Positions 25,936 to 38,600 of a stretch of 64,000 nt of DNA are shown here, one piece after another (position 1 is the stretch's first letter; each line of letters starts with the position of its first letter). The stretch comes from Balanoglossus misakiensis. Lineage: Eukaryota; Animalia; Hemichordata. The notes under the pieces were generated by a model, which had not been told where the DNA came from, searched no databases, and saw only the letters and a program-made list of their open reading frames with translations. Location of the stretch: the NCBI GenBank assembly GCA_040954595.2, contig CM082593.2:5225434-5289433 (forward strand). The letters run 5' to 3'. Both the position numbers and the translations under genes were made by a program.

Positions 25936-26430
25936 ATAAGCGGGAGGTAATCTATTCTGTAAATAAACACGTTCACAAGTCAAGGTGAGCGATAATCATT
26001 CTGACCGACGAAAGAAAAATCCCCTTTTGCCTGGGGGAATTCTCAAAATTTCCGACACGATCTAGCTCTCTGATTCATATGTCAGCGTAATCCAGCCAAT
26101 TCAAGAAGATTTGTCAACGTTTAAACCCCGTTAATTTCATCCCACTGTAAATAACAATTTCAACACTTTAATATGGATGACACTTTAATAGCCAAGGCAT
26201 CATCGCCAGAACAGAAAGAATTAGAGAGTTGAAAAGAAAGCCTTTACACGCGGTGTCATTCACAATATATCAGCTATACCCGCAGAAAAAAAACAAAGGT
26301 ACATAAAGAATACATCAACATTTGTTTTGTTCTTCTTAAGACGAGAAACGTCAGAGGCAAGAATGTGATATGAGAAGCAACAGAGTAAACTTCTATGGCA
26401 ACGAAGGAGATGCTGGCCGAGCCAGGTTCC

Positions 26431-26823
26431 TTACATGCAAATCAATTGACATGGCGAAGCGATGTTACATTTGAAAGCAACTCGGCGACATGGTCTGCGA
26501 ATAGCGGCTGCTCTTGAACCGCCCCTTCTTCGCAAACCCCCTCTTTTCACCTCCAGCTTGTCGGGATTATTCTGGATTGTGGCGACTAAATCCTTTATAC
26601 CGAGAAGGCGCTCCAGCGTCGTCAGCTCTGACCTGTCTTCGCGCAACTCGCCGTCGCTGGCGGCGCTTTTCGCTTCTTCGAGAGATGTTTGCTCGCCGGC
26701 GCTCTGTTCCTCGTTAACACTTCGGGCGTCCCTCGGGATTCGGGCTGACAGCGTTGTCGAGATGAAGGACGCAGCCAACAGCATCATGGCAATTCCGGTA
26801 CATCCAGCCAATCGCATCATCAT
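26431..26823 (-). CDS. Secreted Cys-rich prepropeptide C (130 aa, 4 Cys in mature part, strongly cationic tail)
   Basis: Acceptor ctctattttcag at 26856 precedes MMMRLAGCTGIAMMLLAASFISTTLSA. Glu-rich pro-region, KR/RRR/RR sites, tail PCRRVAFKCNIASPCQLICM. Confidence 0.85.
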   Translation of the reverse strand: MMMRLAGCTGIAMMLLAASFISTTLSARIPRDARSVNEEQSAGEQTSLEEAKSAASDGELREDRSELTTLERLLGIKDLVATIQNNPDKLEVKRGGLRRRGGSRAAAIRRPCRRVAFKCNIASPCQLICM

Positions 26824-27924
26824 GTGTTGAATGGAAATGGAAAGTGAATCTGAATCTGAAAATAGAGCAAACAATGAACCAAATCAGAACAAAAACATGT
26901 GACCATGACAAGTGACAAGTTACACGTATTTTACGGTATTTTTTTCGGTGAAAATGAACTCCCAACGCTAGTTGGAAGACACTTCCGTTTTCCATTTTGT
27001 TTAGAATACAGGGAGAGGGCGAAGCGACGCTGCATCTCTACACGGGCATCGGTAGTGCCCCCCCCCCCCCTACGGTGCGCGTCGTCAAAAACTAGAGCCA
27101 CGTTTTAAATCACACAAAATGATTGATTGCCGTGGAGATGCACATCAAAGCCTTACATGATATTTCGTATTTATGTGGAATGCAATCTTCACCCTCTGTA
27201 TGTGTTTTGTGATTAGTTATAAATCAGCGTTAGCGTGGATCGCGTATCGCGCGCAGACGTCTCCTCTTGTGTATCACTATCTCATTTCTGTCTTCAATCC
27301 GCGAAAAGGGGAGAGAGCCAGGACGCAATATCTTCTCTCAAATCCCCCATGTGTAACACGAACGCGCGCCGCTGCCTTTTCAGTGTTCCCAGGCATCCCT
27401 TTCAGTCTTTTGGACCTTGTCTATCAGCCTCTTCTTCTTACACACCGCAGCCAGTAGATGTGACGAAGTTAAGCTGATTAAGGGCATATCAGGAAAATAG
27501 AGTCAAGGCGATTACAAGCCAGCACGAGAAAATCTCCCCAGATAAAATAGCGAAAAGTCCACTAATTAGACCGCCTCGTTGTTGACTAAATGTTATACTG
27601 AGGGTGCGCGGCGGAATGGTTTTAAAACCAGACCATTGGCAGGTCTACGATAGGCTTATCTTTGCAGTTTGGCGGTAATTTGGTCGGCACGCCGAGGGAA
27701 TTAAAAGTAAGATTTAACACAATGCGTGTTCTTTTCCTGTAAAGCGTTATTCTATACGATTGTGTAAGAGAGGAGTTGACATTTAAATGCACCTCGTGAT
27801 AGGTAATGTCGATACTGGGTAACGGATTTTGAGGAGGCGGTAGTTTTTAACTTGAACATTGACCGTAAAATCGCATTATTGACCGTTTTCTCGTTCACTG
27901 CAAGGTTTTAGCCACCACTGTTTC

Positions 27925-28090
27925 AGGTAGAATGCACCTCGGAAAGTTTTAATATTTTTCTGATATTTAACTTAAGGCAACTTTATGCGAATTTATGAAT
28001 GAGAAAGCGAAATTATCAAATTTGAAATTCAAAATGGCCGCAAATAAAATGGCCGCCAATCTCTGTGTTAACTCTATGGGACACCCTATT
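27925..28090. mobile_element. Fragment of a dispersed non-autonomous DNA transposon (TTAA-flanked, Kolobok/piggyBac-like); related pieces at ~23867-23900 and ~47882-48118
   Basis: 27996-28080 matches the reverse complement of 48046-48117 (GAATGAGAAAGCGAAATT..CAAATTTGA.ATTCAAAATGGCCGCCAAT.TCTGTGTTAACT.TATGG). A similar terminal motif (TTA)AGGTAG...CC.CGG occurs at all three sites. Confidence 0.6.
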
Positions 28091-29069
28091 TTCTTCTTTG
28101 TTTTTAAAAAGACACCTTGCGCACTTAAAAATAGAAGAGAATTGTACTACTTTAATAGGCTTTTCACCGTCCTTAAAACTTCGACATTGTGATGTTGGAT
28201 ATGGTTTTGACCGTACATTCATTGGCTCTGGGCTGCGTGTCAATGTGCACGTCCAGAGAAAAAGACGGATGCCAGTGAGCATGCGCACATAATATCGAAA
28301 ATAAACGAGAGGCGAGACAGCCGAACGTCGCACTTCAGTTTATTTACATAAATTGATCAGAAACAGTCTCGGTAAACGGCGAAATGTGCAGAATACAGAA
28401 TCATGTAATGTTGCATGTCGGTTATCGATATTTCAAAAATACAGGATTTCTCAAAATAAGCACAAAAATATATCAATTGCATTATTTTGACCAGCAATGA
28501 TAATGTACAATACCATAGGAATTTGCTTTAAATCGATTACTGTTACTACCAAAATATTTCTCTACGTTCTGGCAAAATGAACCGCCAACATTCATGATAC
28601 ACATACACAAAATTCCACATGAAACTGATCCAAATTAAAGACTTTGCAGAGACCCGAAACAAGTCCCACCTTTGTAAATAGGACTTTACAAATGACCATA
28701 ATCGTTAAAATATGGAGACGTGTGAATACAAGGTACATGGCACTCGACAGCTGGTGTTGAAAGGAATTACAGTATGAAGACAAACAAAAACATGTCATCT
28801 TGTATTTTTAATGTTAGACAGGTGTGTATCTGCGATTCTGGGTATGTTGAAATTAATGCATACGTACATGTAAATGTTGAATGTCATGACAAATTACCGC
28901 ACCGGGGCGTGATTTCAATACAGTGTACATGTGCGGTTCTGCTGCCTGTGTGTGTGTTACACCGGGCAGCGTCGTTCGGTCTAACTCTTGGCAAAAACAT
29001 AATATAGACAGGTTTAACCATGATATACTGTTGCAGAGTACCCGTATGAAACAGTCACACTTTGCACGT

Positions 29070-29435
29070 CTATCCGCAACACTGGCACGCCTGCATGCAG
29101 CGCGCGCCGATGTCACATTTGAGGAACATGGCGCTGCAGCACCGGCAGCCCCGCCTCTTCTGCGCCTTCTTGTCGCGGGTGAGCGTGTTCTCCGGGAAAA
29201 GCATGAAGTTGCCCACTCCATTGCCCGTTCCCAGGGGCGCCGCCTTCCCGACTTGCTTTTCCAGGAAGGACAGGTCGCCTATCCGACTTGTGTCCGTCTC
29301 GTCGCCGATGTCATTGGAGCCAGAAAAGGGCACGGTGGATTGGTGTTCGTCGGTCAAAGCCTGGGACGTCTCAGGGACAGATAGTGCCAGCATTTGGTAG
29401 ACGACTATCGTAGCTACCAGCGCGAGTCGTTGCAT
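29070..29435 (-). CDS. Secreted Cys-rich prepropeptide D (121 aa, 8 Cys in a 26-aa mature peptide)
   Basis: Signal MQRLALVATIVVYQMLALS, acidic pro-region, KRR site, mature GCRCCSAMFLKCDIGARCMQACQCCG. Acceptor cttcctttttag at 29496. Confidence 0.87.
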   Translation of the reverse strand: MQRLALVATIVVYQMLALSVPETSQALTDEHQSTVPFSGSNDIGDETDTSRIGDLSFLEKQVGKAAPLGTGNGVGNFMLFPENTLTRDKKAQKRRGCRCCSAMFLKCDIGARCMQACQCCG

Positions 29436-29562
29436 GATTGTGGTGTGTTTGTGGCACCGTCAATGAGTGGACGCCGATATTTCTTGGTTTTTCACCTAAA
29501 AAGGAAGTACATTCATTCAATGAGAATATCAGACAAGTAAAGTAGTTTTGCCCAAATCCTAC

Positions 29563-29632
29563 CTATGTCGCCCGCAGTGTGTGTATATGCATATGCGTGG
29601 CGCGTGCGTGCGTGCGTACGTACGTATTTATA
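29563..29632 (-). promoter_or_regulatory. Putative TATA box (TATAAAT 29632-29626) and short non-coding exon 1 of prepropeptide D
   Basis: TATAAAT followed by donor AG|GTAGGA at 29562 and a 67-nt intron to the coding exon. Confidence 0.4.
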
Positions 29633-32600
29633 TGCACGATATTTGTGAACATAAATAAAGAAATCCATACATAAAATGTCTTAAAATAAAATAAACGAAA
29701 AAGCAATTGCAAACATATAAAATAAAAAAGCGAAAGTAAAAATTAAAAGCAAAAAACAATAACTTACTTTTGGCATAGAAGAAATAAATGCAGCTTCGCA
29801 AAAAATAATAGCGCATGCGTGTCTTCGTTGGTCGTTTCAGTCACTCCGGCATTCAAACATCCAGTCAAAAGTAACCCGGGGTGTAAATCCATTCATATTT
29901 GACTAATATAGAACTCAGTCATGATAATTACATCTGCAAATTAATTTTCACACGAATGTGCTCGGCTGCCGAGTGTGTATACTGTGCGCATCTTTCATAA
30001 AAAGTCGCAGTATCTTTCATCTTCCGAAGTATGTCGATATTTCTTAGATGGCGTTCACCTGCCCATCCCGTAAAACTATTGACACGACCTGACAAAAATA
30101 GCGGGACTCGCAGCTGCATTGGTTTAGGTGTTAATTGACTTGCTAATATGCCTAACGAATTTGCTTAACAATACAACTGGGGCGGTTGCGCTTTTGTTAC
30201 ATAACCATCGTTGTATTTCGGAGTGTTTTGCGGGAACGGTCGACATGGATGCAGCTAGCAGAGACAAGTTGAAGCGTTTACAAAGTTACGTCGATGTTTG
30301 AGTGAGTGTTTTCGCCTAGAATGTGAAGGATACCGGTCCAAGCAGTTCCATTCTTGTGAACCAGCATGCGGTTTGTCACCGCACGTCGTCTTCCGCGTCA
30401 TGACCATGCAAGTAAGTGTCAATGGTTGTTTTGGTTGTGTACATGTACATACACGTGTATTGGAAAGCTGATCAATATGGCACCCGGCACCTGAGCCATC
30501 TTTAATTGTAGCGCGTCTGTGTCAAAAACACTCAGGAGCGATTAAATTCGGATACTGTTAACCAGAAGGAAAACACGAGTGCTATAAATTCCAAGTTCAG
30601 GATCCGAGAAACTCTTTCCGGTCAAAGTCTCCTTTACTTTGAAAGCACAGTAGAAACGGCTTTCATTTCTTGCATCGTCAACCACACATGAACCTAACCC
30701 TAAACCGGGGTTTAAAACTTTAACCGATACAAATTCCCAAATCCAAATGAAAAATTCCCTGAGTACTTCGCCAGTTATAAGAGATATTTCGTTCTGCATA
30801 CACAACGGAAGAAATAATTCGACGGGTGCTTTTAATTGATTAAGATAAGGTGAAGCAAAGCGATTGTGTTATCACAGCGTGAGATGAAATTAAATTGCTG
30901 AAGTGATTGCAGATTGATAATGGTGTAATCATTTTGGCCTTTAGGCGATGAACGAAGCATGAAAAAGTCGTGATCAGTGTTTAAAAAAATGGTCTTACCT
31001 GCTTGGTGTAATTTACTTGCTCTCGTAGAGTCTCAATACACACGCTACCAATGTCCTAGAAGATTAACAAATCCGAGAATAAATATTCTGACAATTTTGA
31101 CAGCACTGAATGTGTGCCTGAAGACTTCCCGAACACTGTCAAAATCTGTTTCTCTCAAAGTGTCCCCGCAGAGCAAGCGACACCGTCTTATATGTTAAAA
31201 AGTGTCGAGAGTTTGAGTGGTGCCTATAAAATTATGTAAATTTGTTTTCGGATTGATATGCTAATTGGTCACGATATGATAAAACCTTGATATGAAATGA
31301 AACCTCTTCGGCAGCTGATTGTATAAGGTATACCGGTGACATTTACTTGTAAAGATCCTGTCAACAATCGACAAAGTGTTCCTGTTCGATTGGAACAGTT
31401 ACACAGTAACACCCATACTGCAATTCACTGAGAAAATATCCAGTCTGCAAAAGTATTTGATAAAACCGAAAAAGAAGAAAAAAAAACGAACTTGAGAGAG
31501 AGAGCTTTCTCCTGCATTTGACTAGAAATTCCAATCACAAACATGCAGTCGATTTAATCTACTTTGTAATGATAAGCTTATCCAATATGAATACACGGGG
31601 AAAAACTTAAAGGCAACAAGTAGACTTTCTCCGCTAATTGAATTCGCGGTGGCCGTTGAACCCTGAATCGCGTACCTGAGAAGGTTTTTGCTTGTGGTGA
31701 ACATCAGTAAAACAATTGTTTAAGTTTTAATTTCATTCGTCTCAAACTCAAGCATGATAAATATAAATAAGAGAAAACCGAAAGTTGCGTGCCGCGGTGT
31801 GCTCTGGTTATTGAAAATGGTGAGATTGGCGTCGACGGCGTTGTGATCGACGGCATGTCATACGACGGCTTGCGGGAGAATTTTGCAGAGGTGGCGTGTA
31901 GCCCCCGGTCGACTCGACGCACAGAAGCATGAAACGCTATCTGAAAGGCGGAACACCAATCTCACGTATTTACCGTGTCACATTTGATAAATCGCTTATC
32001 AGCCGAGGTCTGGAGTTGTGCGTAGTCGTATCACACCTTAAGATGGTGATCTTTCTATTCCTCCCAAAGTTGAATGGGAGCTTATCTTTCTGATCTACAC
32101 ATTGCCTGGTGTTGAATTGACGAGTCTCTGCACTGCCATGACAACACAAAACAACATCTTTTTTAAGGTTTCATCGTGATTTCGGCTGAAACCCAAGCCA
32201 GTTTATAATTTGACGTCAGCGTCTCATCAATACAGACTCGTCACCCATGACTACAAAAAAACACTCATTTAAAAAAAAAATTCCGGCCGAATCCCAAGAC
32301 TTGTGGTATAATTACCAATTAGGCATGAGCGTCCCATCTAAAAGACTAATTTCTCTTTATCTTATTTCGTCTGTTAACAAAATTGATTATCTTTGTTGGC
32401 GTCGGGTTTTCACTGACCGCGTCGTGATATACTTCTTATCTTAAAACGTTCTGATTAATTTCTCGAGAATGACCTAATTTGCATAGAACCTAAAATGACG
32501 TCAGAATAATGAATCATTTTCACTGCATTTGACCACGCGACAAAAGATAGACCAGTTAGCTGTAAACTAATGAAGTCTTTCTTTGTCTTTGTTTATGCAA

Positions 32601-35600
32601 GGAAATAGAGCTCTTGCTTATTCAGAACAAAATTCGATATTCGGCAACTAAGTTCTATTTCCAAAGGCGTCGAAGACAAAACACCGCCAGGCACTTTAGT
32701 TTTATAGTGAACGTAACTTGAAGAAATAAAAATCATTAATTTAACAAACACTATATACTCAATTGACGGCGAGGTGGAAGGTTCGGCAATGTCAAATGCC
32801 TCAGTGCAAGATGGTTAGGTGGCCTCAAACTTGACAGACACCCTAAGTGTTTGTTTTTGAGAGAATGGATGTAAAGTGATTGCAAAATTCCAATCTCCGA
32901 CGCAAACAACGAGGAAATTGTTACAATCCATGTCACCCATAAATATTTGACGCCGGCTCTTTTATATGTAAACCGATGCTGCTTAGATTTTTTAATATCG
33001 ACGACTTCTTTCAAATCTTTTACAAAAAAACCCAGCACGCAGGTTCCGAGTTCGCCAATTTCGATAAGCGAAGATGCAACAGAAACCATTAACTAGATAT
33101 CAATTTCCATAACTCCCGAGGATAGTAATAACCGAAATTGAGTCATTCAGACCAGTTCAAGAAGAGTTTCAATACATCAAATGTTTGAGAATGATTGTTG
33201 CCTAGCAATAAGGAGAGGCGGCTTACTTAAAAAAATAATTCAGGTCGACATTGCTTCAAAACTTTGAAACACAGCAAAAGCACTATTTTCCTTTCTGATA
33301 AAATATCTCCGTTTTCACTCTTCACTTTTCCCCTTTAAGAAATAAAGACATTTTTAAACGCAAGTTACAAAGACCTTCCGAATGTATGAAATCACGTGTT
33401 TACAGAAGATGGCTTGTGTTAAAGCGAATCATGTTTAACAAAGATCGGTTCTTACATAAGTTTGTGTTGTCGAAACGCTGTGGCAGTAGTCGCAACAGAG
33501 CCAGGTTGGCAAAACTTAACAAGTGCATGATGAAATATTTTCACAAAGATTTTTAAACAACCTTCGCTAGTTATACGTACATTGTAATTATAAATTAAGA
33601 ATATCGCGAATATCCCACGCGAATATCCCTCGATTTTAGTAATAAAGCGGTGAAATAACTCGTTCGGGGCTGTCGTGAAGAATCCTCCAGTATAGACACG
33701 AAAGCGCCCAAACTTTGACATTTCAATGCCATATCGATTTAAGTACGTGCGGCATGTCACCGTATAAGTTGCGGGACGCGGGAAAGTTGACAGTTGAAAA
33801 GAAACAATTGAAACGGTAGAATTTGTAGTGTACAAACCACAGATTCATTCGGCTCAACAATGGTCACTAATCTAAGATTTCAGCTTCTCTTACCAAAAGA
33901 GTATATAGATTAGGCGATGTGTTAACGACCAAATAGTAAGGAAGCGTTTTCAGGGAAATTTCTTAACTCGAGGATAGTAATGCACTGAAGACATTTGGGT
34001 GTTAACATGATTTGTAGTGATGTGAACATGTAACATTTAGAGCAAAAAGGAAAATTGTGTGATACTGTATGGAATTAGGTCTTACCGTAAGGGGTCGGCT
34101 ACAATGCGAAAGCGTGCGAACACTGCATGGAAGGGAAGCAACGCAGGTACCAGGTATTAACGTGGTGTAAGGAACTATCCCACAGCTAAGCAATCTCTGT
34201 GACAGGTAGCGGCCTTAAATCCTATTACTTAGCTGCCGCCTTCGCTCACTGAATACCCGATTGGGTCAGGCCTGTTCTTTTTAACCCAAACATTAGTCTG
34301 CAGGGTAATACTTTGGTATTAATGGGAAAAGACTGCCCGTGGGTCAGCCATCACGCTTTTTTGGATCGGGCCCACCGGCCATAAACGTGGGTATATACCA
34401 TGCATTGCTGCGCTTCCGAGCATTGACATGCATAAGCCGTGTTAAATCCGGGCGCTCATGTGTGTGCCAAAACTTCAAATCCCCTCCCCCCGCCATTTTT
34501 TTACACATTGATAAGCCACACCAAATCACATCCCCGCTGTCATTGGAGCTTTTCACGCGTTCTTACTTCACAGCAACCCTGAATGGATTGATCTGTAGCA
34601 TAAATCTGTCACCAAACTTTGACATGTCACATTTATTTGCTCTCTGCGTCGTTACAGCTGATCATAAGCACACGTGTAAAAAGTTTGCTACAGTAACACT
34701 GGCCAGGTGCCGTATTTTCCAAATACGACAACATTTCCAATGGGGAGCAGAAATGTGCGTATTTTGAAACTTTTAAAAACAAAATAACATTGCCAACTTT
34801 AGACCACGTAACTTGTGATACAGTTAGGTACAACCCGCATCATACTCGATCAGATCACCCATATCTCGGTCGCCATCTCTTGCCAAGGAAAATTTAGTTA
34901 CTAAAATTGCAAGTTATGATACAGTAATTCCCGTGATCTTCAATCTTAGTTAGCTTTTCAGTTACCATGCATAATTATCATAATCTTTATTATCTCGACG
35001 TACTGTAGTACTTGATAAGTTGTTGATTGGTAAAAAGAATCGACGTTTTGAGTATACGTCAGACATGAGTGGGCACTTCTGTGTACAGTTCGTACGCGTG
35101 CGCTCTATGCAAATCGCTGCCTGAGGGAAACCATAGTTACACCAATCAGCATCCGGCAACATCGACATACGGGATTCCCCAAACAACAAGCCAGGGACGC
35201 AAACACCGTCTTCCTTTTCTCCGTTCGCCGACATCACTGGGCTTCAGGAAAACGTGCCTGTTTTTCGCTACGGGCGGATATGAACAAGGTCACCGAGAAT
35301 TAATAACGTTCAAGAGGTGGGAACCCACGCCAGAACTGTCAAACAAGCACGTGGGGTCAACCTAGTTTCTGAGTGACCCACGCACAAATTGACCAATCGC
35401 GACTGTTCCCGTTGATCATTCTCTTTCCAAACTAATGTACCCAAGGCACCTATCACATGGAATCACCGTGTTCATCGTAGCAAATAAATTTCACGCCCAT
35501 TAGCCTATAACCCAGGGCAAAATAGCCTGCTCACTACATCGAAAAACTGTAACGACAATGTCGATTGACTCGCCCGTGGAGAAACGCCATCTCCAATGAA

Positions 35601-38600
35601 TTCAAGTTGTACAGGCCAACGGTGAACAGGGACTTCCTGACACATGGAGATGGTCACAAAGGAAATGTGTCTAACGTTGGTCAACCGTAAAATATTAACT
35701 GAAATAGGTTACCGAACGTGTCCCATATTAAACATTTTCCGACATGAATATTGATTGTTCAAAGTGTCCATTTCAGCGCTTCTTCTTATTTTGAGATCCT
35801 AACCGTTTGACTGAAATCATGAGATGCTGATTTTTAGTGTGATGTTTGTGGCGAATGACATTAACGTTTCTGCATTTTATTTAGACTAAAGTTTAAGGCC
35901 ACGTCGAATTCAAGATTGAATATGAAATATTTACAAAAAATGGATACGTTGACTGTCTCATATACCATGACAATAAGCCGATAACCCTCGTCATACAAAC
36001 GGTTATAGACATACATCGATTTGATGTAACAGTGGGAACATCAGCCGTTTTGATAACATTGTTGTAAAGAGCTTGCGGATTTTAGCTATCGCAAACTGTT
36101 CACTGACTCGTTGGCATCAGACATATTAACAAATGCGTGTTAACGGTATGCTTACTCTACAGATTCATCACCAGACCAGCTCAGAATGAAATCGTCTTTC
36201 AGTGTTGACGTCTCACTTGGATGTACACGCGCCACCATTAAGCGACCTTAATGTGGTAAGTCTCGACAGATTGACAATTCTCATATGTTGTTTTGTCATA
36301 AAAGAAGCTGCGATTTGTACATGCTGTTAATCTTAAAGCGGATTTTTGACATCATGCCGTAAAAGCCACATTTGCACGGAATCGCAATTTTTAGTAGGGC
36401 TCACATTCAATTCGCGCCATAATCACTTTCTGAACGAAAGTCATAAGGTGACATCCCCGTATTTTTTAAAAGTTCCCCGTATAATTGACATATAGAGCGT
36501 TAATCCAAGCATAACAGTGCGTGTTCCATGTTCTAAGCCATGGTCAAAATCTTTAATGCACAAATTACCATCCGTGGATTGATGGGCGATCAACGTGTAG
36601 GACACTTCCTTCTCTTGCATTGAAATCGCGACTTTAGCAGCCTTAAACTTTTCCAGTCGTCGCCTTTCGGCGGCGCGGTGCGGGATCTGACACTATCGCT
36701 TGTCACATTGGATATAAGGTGGTTCAGTATCGGACCTGATAGCATGACCTTTTATGACCCGCCCGCGATAAAGAAGATCTACCTGACTTTGAAGACGGAA
36801 TACGCGCACAATTTATTAACCACTTTAACGGCAGTCCCTCTTGAAAAAAAGTCTCCACTTCGAAGGCGTGTTATCCGACTGCAGACAGAATGTTAATTAT
36901 CAAGAAAACAAATCAGTATAGGGCTATTTGAGTTCTCCCAAGCCCCGCCTGTCTCATCTGTCAGCAAATCAGCCTTGGAATTAGTTTGAACTGAACTGAA
37001 CTGAATTGATTTTAATTTGAAAACAGCAGTGCCAAATATTGCCTGCCGTGGTTGCAGATAATGCCAGATGTATTACGTGTGACACACTTAGACAGATTTA
37101 AGAACTCAACCTCTTCACCGCAATGGTTCGTTCCAATTCCATTGTTTTATATACGAATTTGCTAAAGTGGTACTCTACAGAGGGACTGGGGGTGAAATGG
37201 ATAAAGCATATTAATTGATGTTCTCAAACAGACGTTTGTGTGAGTGAGGAGGTTTTATTTAAAATTACAAATCGCGCGTTTTACATATTTAATCGTATTT
37301 AAGAACATTAAGGCACCATAGCACACGCTAGCCTTTACACAGTAAACCTAAGGCCAATCTGTGCCTGGAGATATCGAAATGCTATCTTGTATTGTTAATT
37401 GCGTGCTCATGCTTTGCAGGCGTGAGATGTCACACGCAAAATTATTAACATCTCGCCTGCGGCAATGCGTGAGAGGTCTAAACAGTGCGTGGGCGATATG
37501 TTCGAACAGAGGAATTGAAGCGTGAGCGATGTCCGGTTGCGTAGACTGAGCAACTCGTTAATCTCGGATTAATAGATTTGCCGCGGAGTGTTTCCAGGGC
37601 CCAGTTACATTTATGTACAGCGCAACGGGAGCCCCGGTATAATAAGCTTAATAAATATTATTCGAGGGAAAAGTTTGAGGTATTCACCGCTCTGAGAATC
37701 TCTACACAACGGGACCACTCGCAAATAAACCCAAAGAGAAATCTGCTCGTATATGTTAAATTACTATATTGTGGCTACCACAGAGAACCAGAAATAAGAT
37801 TGTGTTGCCGTTGTCTTGACGGAATGATTATTACTATGGAAACGAGTGAATAACGATTATTCTTTTATGTTGCCATCTGAACGCTATTATGAATAACGGC
37901 TTTCATTAAAATTGAAAACAAAGATCTTTCATGACTTACCCTGGAAGGCGCAGAAACAAAAGCTTACCAATGAAGTTGATGTGGACAGCGAGAATGAGCA
38001 GCTTGTCTTCTTGGCAGATTTGTTCTTCTGTGGTGTTGGTCTGTCTTCCCCTGGCTGTATTTATTACCAAAGAAGTCATAGTTGTGGAATATTGACAGCT
38101 ATAATTGGTATATTTATGCATTTCAATGCCGTGTTTGATTTCCTGTATGAAATTAATGAGCATGAGTTAAATTATAATTGAGACAATAACAGCCCAGCCA
38201 CAAAGATACTGTTTCCGCAACTGTAGGAAACTTAAACGTAAGAAGATGAATAGTAATGAATAGCAAATTTTGTCAATGGAGATTTTTAAAAATGCAACTG
38301 AAGAATCCTGGTTATAATAAGACTGACATTTTACAGCTACAGCAGAGAAAGCGCTCTTTCGCACATAGTGTTTAGCCAGTCCGCGTTGATGAAAGTATCC
38401 CCAAGAATAATCTGGTCGCACTTGTTGTTCAATGATGTCCATGATGGTAAAACAAATGATTGCTCTCGCGCCCAAGCCGCCCCTTGCAGTTAGGTATCAC
38501 GTTCGATTAAAGGACCCTAGTTCCCCAAGACTTTGTGTAGTGTTGAAATTCCATTTTATGTCTGGTGACTCTAACTGCTTTGAATAATGCACGATAAACA

